DNA of 34,525 nucleotides from an uncultured Bacilli bacterium (GTDB taxonomy: Bacteria > Bacillota_I > Bacilli_A > RF39 > UBA660). Position numbers and translations under genes: made by a program. Numbering within the stretch: position 1 is the stretch's first letter; every line of letters begins with the position of its first letter. The stretch is taken from assembly GCA_944372485.1 (NCBI GenBank), contig CALVZI010000030.1, forward strand, positions 1-34,525, given 5' to 3'. The notes below the pieces were generated by a model. It was given only the letters and a program-made list of their open reading frames with translations. It searched no databases and was not told where the DNA came from. Positions 28,765 to 34,525 of this stretch are shown piece after piece.

Positions 28765-30498
28765 ATGTTTGAAAAAATTAAGAATTTTATAGGTTCTAAA
28801 TATTTTAAATTTTTATTAGCTCTTATAACATATTTAGTATTAGTAAATAATTTATTAATACCTAATTATAATATTTTTTCATTTTTAGTATTAATTATGT
28901 TATGTATTTTTTATAATAAAAATTTAAATAAAAATAAATATTTTAAAGAAGTTTTAAGTTTATCATTAATATATGGTTTTCTATGGACTTTTGGTAGTAT
29001 TAGTTTAGAATGTTTTAATGATATAACAATAAGTTTAGCAAGAAGAGTTTTAACTTTTGATTTTGTCTTTAATTTAATTGCTTATACAACTTTAATATTT
29101 TCTATATTAAATTATTTAATTCCGTATTTTTGTAAATTAAAAATAAAAGAATTTAAACAGAAAAAAGTTAAAACAATTTATATTTTTATATTAATTGTAA
29201 TAGGAATTATGTTATTATGGTTACCATATCTTTTAACATTTTTTCCAGGAACTATGTCAGCAGATTCTTTAGGAGAATTTAAAAGGGTAATAGCTAATGA
29301 TTTAAAGTATGATCATCATCCATTATTACATTTATATTTTATTCGTATAGCTTACGTAATAGGTATGACATTATTTAAAAGTAATACAATGGCTGTATTT
29401 ACTTATAGTTTTTTACAAATGTTAATAATGGCTTCTATTTTTGCTTATTTAATAATCTTTTTATACAAAAGAAAAACATCATTAAAATTATTAATAGGTA
29501 TATTTTTATTTTATGGTTTAGTACCACTTTTTGGTTATTATAGTATTGTTATGTGGAAAGATATTATTTTTTCTGGTCTAGTTTTGCTTTTAACAATCGA
29601 GTGCTATAAAATGTTAGAACGTAGAAAAAATATTACGTTAAAAAATTGTTTGATATTTATCTTAGTCTCATTTTTAACAGTATTCTTTAGAAATAATGCA
29701 ATATATATGTATATAATATTAGCTTTAGTTTCTATCTTTGTATTTAAAAATAAAAAAAATATTTTAATAATATTTGGTATTGTAATAGTAAGTTATTTTA
29801 CAATAAAAGGTCCCATTTTTGATTTAGCTGGTATAAAGAAAAGTTCTTCATCAGAATATCTTGCAATACCTATGCAACAAATTGGAAGAATGGTCTCTAA
29901 AGATATAAAATTAACTAATTATGAATATAAGACTATTAATAAATTAATGCCTGTTAAAACAATAAAAAAAGTTTATAATCCACAAGCTTCTGATTACATT
30001 AAATTTAATAAAGAATATAATCAAAAAGTTTTTAATAATAATAAATTAGAATATTTTGGATTATGGCTGAATTTAGTATTAAAACATCCAAGTGTTGCAA
30101 TTGAATCATATGCTGTAAGTACACTAGGTTATTGGTATCCTAATACATTACCAAGAACAATAGAAAATAGTATTATTGAAAATAAATTAGGATTAAAAAC
30201 TAAGTCTTATGTTTCTAAAAATGTAGAAGATACAATTAATAAATTAGGAGGCTTAGAAATACCTATTATATCTTTTACTTGGAATATTGCTTTAGTAATT
30301 TGGTTAATTTTATTATTTTCGGTTATTGCAGTTAAAAGAAAAGGGAAAATTGTTTTATACTCATTTGTACCAATTATTGGAATTTGGCTAACAATTATGA
30401 TTGCCACTCCTGTGTATAATGAACTAAGATATATTTATGCCGCTTTTACAACAATTCCTTTTGTAATAGGGATATGTTTTACTAAAGAAAAGGTTTAA
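28765..30498 (+). CDS. DUF6020-like polytopic membrane protein (paralog of 25294-27102)
   Basis: FPGTMSADS, DHHPLLH, MWKDIIF, FRNNA, AIPMQQ, TPVYNELRY. Confidence 0.7.
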   Translation: MFEKIKNFIGSKYFKFLLALITYLVLVNNLLIPNYNIFSFLVLIMLCIFYNKNLNKNKYFKEVLSLSLIYGFLWTFGSISLECFNDITISLARRVLTFDFVFNLIAYTTLIFSILNYLIPYFCKLKIKEFKQKKVKTIYIFILIVIGIMLLWLPYLLTFFPGTMSADSLGEFKRVIANDLKYDHHPLLHLYFIRIAYVIGMTLFKSNTMAVFTYSFLQMLIMASIFAYLIIFLYKRKTSLKLLIGIFLFYGLVPLFGYYSIVMWKDIIFSGLVLLLTIECYKMLERRKNITLKNCLIFILVSFLTVFFRNNAIYMYIILALVSIFVFKNKKNILIIFGIVIVSYFTIKGPIFDLAGIKKSSSSEYLAIPMQQIGRMVSKDIKLTNYEYKTINKLMPVKTIKKVYNPQASDYIKFNKEYNQKVFNNNKLEYFGLWLNLVLKHPSVAIESYAVSTLGYWYPNTLPRTIENSIIENKLGLKTKSYVSKNVEDTINKLGGLEIPIISFTWNIALVIWLILLFSVIAVKRKGKIVLYSFVPIIGIWLTIMIATPVYNELRYIYAAFTTIPFVIGICFTKEKV

Positions 30499-30539
30499 TT
30501 TATTATAACAACATGATATAATTAAAGTGTGGTGATAAA

Positions 30540-31016
30540 ATGAAAAAGAAAGTTTTATTTATATCAAGTACCGGTGGACATTTAAGTGAAATGTTAGAAT
30601 TAAAAGATTTATTTAATAAATATAATTATCACATTATTACTGAAAAAACAAAATCAACTATTTCACTTAAAAAAAAATATAAAAATAAAATAAATTATTT
30701 AAAATATGGAACTAAAGATCATTTACTTTCATATCTATTTATATTTCCTTGGAACTGTTTAAAAAGTTTATATTATTTTATTAAAATAAGACCAGACTAT
30801 ATAATTACAACAGGAGCTCATACAGCTGTTCCTATGTGTTATATAGCTAAAATATTTGGTAAAAAAATAATTTATATAGAAACATTTGCTAATATGGAAA
30901 CAAAAACTTTAACTGGTAGATTAATATATCCTATTGCTAATTTATTTATTGTACAATGGGAATCTATGTTAAACCTTTATCCTAAAGCAGTATATGGAGG
31001 GTGGATTTTTAAATGA
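30540..31016 (+). CDS. pssD: PssD/Cps14F (Alg14-like) glycosyltransferase subunit
   Basis: SSTGGHLSE, RPDYIITTGA, IYIETFA, TLTGR, FIVQWE. Confidence 0.9.
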   Translation: MKKKVLFISSTGGHLSEMLELKDLFNKYNYHIITEKTKSTISLKKKYKNKINYLKYGTKDHLLSYLFIFPWNCLKSLYYFIKIRPDYIITTGAHTAVPMCYIAKIFGKKIIYIETFANMETKTLTGRLIYPIANLFIVQWESMLNLYPKAVYGGWIFK

Positions 31017-31486
31017 TTTTAGTTATATTAGGAACGCAAGATAAACCTTTTACTAGATTATTAGATGCAGTTGATAAAGCTTGTGATAAAAAAATTATTA
31101 AAGACAAAGTAATTGTTCAAGCAGGAACAACTAAGTATTCATCTAAAAATATGGAAATATTTGATTTAATCCCAATGAATAAATTTAATAGATTAGTAGG
31201 ACAAGCTGATTTAATAATAACTCATGGTGGAGTAGGTTCTATTATTCAAGGTTTAAAAAAAGGAAAAAAGATAATTGCTGTTCCAAGATTGAAAAAATAT
31301 GGTGAACACACCAATGATCATCAATTACAAATAATAGATGAATTTACTAGACAAGGTTACATTGTTCCATGTAAAGATTTAAATAAATTAGATGAAGTTT
31401 TAAATAAAATAAAAACATTTAAAACTAAAAAATATAAGAGTAATAATACACAAATGTTAAGTATTATTACAAATTTTATTGATTAA
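31013..31486 (+). CDS. pssE: PssE/Cps14G (Alg13-like) glycosyltransferase subunit
   Basis: MILVILGTQDKPFTRL, ITHGGVGSI, VPRLKKYGEHTNDHQ. Confidence 0.9.
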   Translation: MILVILGTQDKPFTRLLDAVDKACDKKIIKDKVIVQAGTTKYSSKNMEIFDLIPMNKFNRLVGQADLIITHGGVGSIIQGLKKGKKIIAVPRLKKYGEHTNDHQLQIIDEFTRQGYIVPCKDLNKLDEVLNKIKTFKTKKYKSNNTQMLSIITNFID

Positions 31487-31487
31487 T

Positions 31488-31518
31488 AAAAAAAGATTGT
31501 TTTTATAATCTTTTTTTT
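31488..31518 (+). terminator. Intrinsic terminator
   Basis: AAAAAAAGATTGT-tttt-ATAATCTTTTTTT inverted repeat. Confidence 0.6.
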
Positions 31519-31547
31519 ATATAATACTTTGTAGGTGATATTGTAGT

Positions 31548-32330
31548 ATGAAAAGGTTAATAATTATATTTTTTGAAATAGCTATTATTTTTTTTATTAT
31601 AGAAACTAATGCTTATGAGACAAACGATTTTGATTTTTATAATAAAAGTATAATTTATTTTGGTGATTCAATTTCTGCTGGAAGCGAAAATAATATGGTT
31701 TCTTGGGATAAATATATTAATGATAAAGCTAATTTTGTTAAAAGTATTAATGCTTCTAAGGGAGGCGCAACTTTTTCAAATGTTCGTAAAAATAATATGA
31801 TTATTAACCAAATAAAAAAATATAAAGATCAAAAATTTGATTATGTATTACTTCAAGGTGGCGTTAATGATGCGATGGAGGAAGCAATTATAGGAAAGAT
31901 GACTGATTCTTATGATTTAGAAGATTTTGATCAAAATACATATATTGGAATGCTTGATACTACATTTTATTATTTAACCAATTATTTTCACGGTTCATCA
32001 ATTGGTGTAGTTATTACATATAGAACACCTAATGCTGGTCAAAATGGTTGGGGAGTTCTTTCATCAAATCTTAAATTTTATTATGATGCTTTAATTAAAG
32101 TATGTAATAAATGGGATATTTCATACATAAATTTTTATGATGGAAAGTTAGAAAATGTTATAACTGATCATGAACTTGCTGATGGACTTCATTTAAATGA
32201 TTCTGGATATGAAAAAATTAGTCCATATTTATATGATTTCTTAAAAGAATTAAAACCATATTTAAGAAATTTAAAAAGAGAAGAAGAAATAAAAGAAAGT
32301 AATTTAAAATATTATAATTATACTTATTAA
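31548..32330 (+). CDS. Secreted SGNH/GDSL hydrolase
   Basis: Signal peptide, FGDSIS, GG, QGGVND, DGLH. Confidence 0.9.
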   Translation: MKRLIIIFFEIAIIFFIIETNAYETNDFDFYNKSIIYFGDSISAGSENNMVSWDKYINDKANFVKSINASKGGATFSNVRKNNMIINQIKKYKDQKFDYVLLQGGVNDAMEEAIIGKMTDSYDLEDFDQNTYIGMLDTTFYYLTNYFHGSSIGVVITYRTPNAGQNGWGVLSSNLKFYYDALIKVCNKWDISYINFYDGKLENVITDHELADGLHLNDSGYEKISPYLYDFLKELKPYLRNLKREEEIKESNLKYYNYTY

Positions 32331-32345
32331 TAATGGGGAGGTATT

Positions 32346-33446
32346 ATGGAAGAAGAATATAAAAAAATATTAGATTATATATGGGATTGTTATAGTAATG
32401 ATAAATTTAATGATGTAGAATTTAATTTTTATGAAACTAGAAAAGAAAAAGGAAAACATCGAGCTGGAATATTTATTCAAGATGAGAAGAAATATTTCTT
32501 TAAAATAGTTCATAGTGACGAATATAATAATGAAGATATTATATTAGAAAAAATTACCCCATATTTTAAAATAGTGCCTTTATATAAACAAAAAATATTA
32601 GAGGATTATGTTATAGGTTTATATCAATATGTTGATACAACTGGTATTAATGCTTTTAATTATTTACGTTTAAAGAAAGTTAGTTTATTAGATAAAGAAG
32701 AAGTATTAAATAAATTTTTTGAAAGTAAATTTTCTTTCTTAAAAAATAATATGTATTTAGATAAAGTAACAAATAATCAAAAAGGCGATCGTTGGTTTTG
32801 GCATCGAATAAAAAAAGGGGAACGTGTTGATAAATTTTATGGGACTAATGGAAATAAGTTATTAAGTGATATAAAAGAAGTTTATCCTGAAGGATTAAAT
32901 AATATGGAAACGTTTTTAAATAATATTTATATATATTTAGAAAGTAAGCATAATACTATTTTTAGTTATAGTCATGGTGATTTTCACGATTTTAATTTTT
33001 CTTTAGAAGGTTTATTTTGGGATATAGATACTTTTGATTATAATCCAATTATAAATGACTTTGCGGTATTTTATTGGCATTTTTATGCAAGAGAAGATAG
33101 TTTGATTTATAAATATTCACCGTGGTTAACTTTATATATGAATAATGAATTAACTAAAGAAGAATTAAAACAAGTAAGAAATTTAAAAGAAAAAATAATT
33201 TTAAAATGGTATAGTGTAATTTATGATGCGTTTAAAAAAGAAAATATATTATATGAATTAAATAACGAATTTATTTTTAAATTGTTTTGTCGTATGTTCT
33301 TAATAGATGATGTCACTAAATATGAAGTTAGTGATAAAGAAAAAGTATATAAATTTTTTGATTATATAATTCAAAATAAAGATAAAGATTTAAAAGATGT
33401 ATTATTTAATAGCAAAACAACTTTTGAATATAATAATTATTTATAA
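32346..33446 (+). CDS. Phosphotransferase-like protein (APH/protein-kinase-like fold), substrate unknown
   Basis: YFFKI, Brenner-like motif SHGDFHDFN, WDID, DFA. Confidence 0.65.
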   Translation: MEEEYKKILDYIWDCYSNDKFNDVEFNFYETRKEKGKHRAGIFIQDEKKYFFKIVHSDEYNNEDIILEKITPYFKIVPLYKQKILEDYVIGLYQYVDTTGINAFNYLRLKKVSLLDKEEVLNKFFESKFSFLKNNMYLDKVTNNQKGDRWFWHRIKKGERVDKFYGTNGNKLLSDIKEVYPEGLNNMETFLNNIYIYLESKHNTIFSYSHGDFHDFNFSLEGLFWDIDTFDYNPIINDFAVFYWHFYAREDSLIYKYSPWLTLYMNNELTKEELKQVRNLKEKIILKWYSVIYDAFKKENILYELNNEFIFKLFCRMFLIDDVTKYEVSDKEKVYKFFDYIIQNKDKDLKDVLFNSKTTFEYNNYL

Positions 33447-33456
33447 AATATACAAT

Positions 33457-33484
33457 TTGACAATTTTAACGCATATGATATAAT
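33457..33484 (+). promoter_or_regulatory. Strong sigma-A promoter of the ncRNA
   Basis: TTGACA-N16-TATAAT with extended -10 TG (33476-33477). Confidence 0.8.
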
Positions 33485-33498
33485 GTAATTATAAATTG

Positions 33499-34059
33499 AT
33501 GGCGCATTATTCTAGTCAATTAATTTATTACGAAGACGGGGCTAAAAATCCGTTAAAGAGCATATCTGTGAAACTTTTGGTGCTTGCTTCATACGCCCAG
33601 TTTGGGGTGAGTGCTGAGAGGGAAGAGTGTTGGGCGCTCGTAACGGCATACGACTCCGACCCACCACTTGTGGAGACCTATTCTTGTCGTAAACGAGATA
33701 GATTTATGACATCTTAGGCTTGAACCTACTTTGTGATGAAAGTTATGAGTAGCGTAGCTTGTCTTGCGTGGTAATAGGGGATAAATGATCAACCAAGTAG
33801 TCTATGGCCAAAATTATTTGGTATTGCATTTTGAAACTATTATTGCAAAAAAGAATTAGTAATAAATATTGTTTGAGGAAAACTCCTAGAGTGTCAATCT
33901 ATATGGGATTGCAGTGTGTACTAAGTGGTAATCAAGTCATATATTTGGTGACAATATATTTAGTTTTTTAAAGGGGAACCGCTATATGGTAACGTATAGT
34001 AAGACTAAGGGAAATCCTACTTGACCTAAAGACACAAGGTTTACTATATGGAATGCCAT
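33499..34059 (+). ncRNA. ole: OLE (ornate, large, extremophilic) RNA
   Basis: ~560-nt GC-elevated island with its own promoter, complementary ends (ATGGC..ATTC / GAATGCCAT) and a T run. Blocks recalled from OLE occur in order: ATTCTAGTCA, GGGCTAAAAATCCGTTAAAG, ACGCCCAGT, TGAACCT, GTAGCGTAGC, TGTTTGAGGAAAACTCCTAGA, GGGATTGCAGTG..ACTAAGTGGTAATC, AAAGGGGAACCGC, GGGAAATCC, GACCTAA. Recognised from memory, not by covariance search. Confidence 0.85.
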
Positions 34060-34107
34060 TTTTTTTATATATTAGGAAAGTTCTTTACTAAAAGCATCAA
34101 AAAGTCA

Positions 34108-34136
34108 TTGACATACGTATGTTCGTATGATAATAT
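34108..34136 (+). promoter_or_regulatory. Sigma-A promoter of tnpB with overlapping LexA (Cheo)-like box
   Basis: TTGACA-N17-TAATAT with extended TG; CATACGTATGTTCG (34112-34125) matches 12/14 of CGAACRNRYGTTYG. Confidence 0.55.
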
Positions 34137-34156
34137 TAAATCATGGTGGTGATTTT

Positions 34157-34525
34157 ATGAAGATATATAAAACATATAAATTTAGATTATATCCAAATAT
34201 AGATCAACAAGAATTAATCAATAAAACTTTAGGGTGTGCTAGATTTGTTTATAATACAATGTTATACGAAAAAGAAACTTTATATAAAGAAAATAAAATT
34301 AAAAAAACTAAAAATGATTGTTTAAAAGAATTAGCACTATTAAAACAAACATACCCATGGTTAACAGAAGTAGATAGTATGGCTTTAACAACTACAATAT
34401 TTGATTTAGAAGATGCCTTCAAAAATTTTTATCGAACAAAATATTTTCTTAAATATAAAAATAAAGATAAAAAAATAGTTATCGAACTAATTATATAAAA
34501 AGAATTTATAAAGATAAGCTATATG
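34157..34525 (+). pseudogene. tnpB: IS200/IS605-family TnpB, N-terminal part, frameshifted; continues beyond the window
   Basis: KTYKFRLYPN..Q..LINKTLGCARFVYN, YPWLTEVDS..L, AFKNF. ORF stops at 34498, but the -1 frame after the A7 run (34469-34475) continues NSYRTNYIKR.. to the window end. Confidence 0.8.

Noticed and set aside
32346-33446. Choline kinase (LicA) assignment prompted by the choline-binding-type repeats
   Set aside because: Lacks the IDWEY-type motif, and no licB, licC or licD genes are in the window.
33496-33792. ORFs 33496-33717 (+) and 33589-33792 (-)
   Set aside because: They lie inside the structured RNA and have atypical composition; open frames are expected in a GC-richer island.
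33499-34059. Alternative identities for the RNA island (tmRNA, RNase P, group II intron, DGR template RNA, TnpB guide RNA)
   Set aside because: No tRNA-like ends, RNase P core motif, GTGCG intron start or similarity to the cassettes. TnpB guide RNAs come from the 3' end of the gene, not upstream. Motif order fits OLE.
34067-34107. IS200/IS605 left-end hairpin upstream of tnpB
   Set aside because: Only a weak AT-rich imperfect stem is visible and no tnpA is present, so element ends cannot be supported.

Overview
Very AT-rich chromosomal window from a low-GC Firmicute. TGA is used as a stop codon (code 11). The gene style suggests a reduced-genome gut Bacilli lineage such as RF39, but that is inference. 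Housekeeping genes (rnhC, cvpA, trxA, rsmE, mtaB) lead into a ~25 kb surface-glycan locus containing GT2/GT4 glycosyltransferases, a Wzy/O-antigen-ligase-like protein, a GH25 lysin with 183-bp tandem repeats, an acyltransferase, Wzm/Wzt, a HAD+PRT ribofuranosyltransferase-like enzyme with its own prs, a pyruvyltransferase, two DUF6020-like proteins, an Und-P GT2, an SMR/EamA pair and PssD/PssE. The main finding is two paralogous surface-protein genes (<1-658 and 15182-16987) carrying three GC-rich ~75-nt cassettes with the codon-level signature of diversity-generating retroelement (DGR) variable regions. No reverse transcriptase or template repeat is in the window, one gene has two cassettes, and the three cassettes appear to need at least two different templates. 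The right end holds a ~560-nt structured RNA recognised as OLE RNA, without its usual oapA neighbour, followed by a frameshifted solo tnpB with a LexA-like box in its promoter. All family calls come from motif recognition by eye, not database searches.
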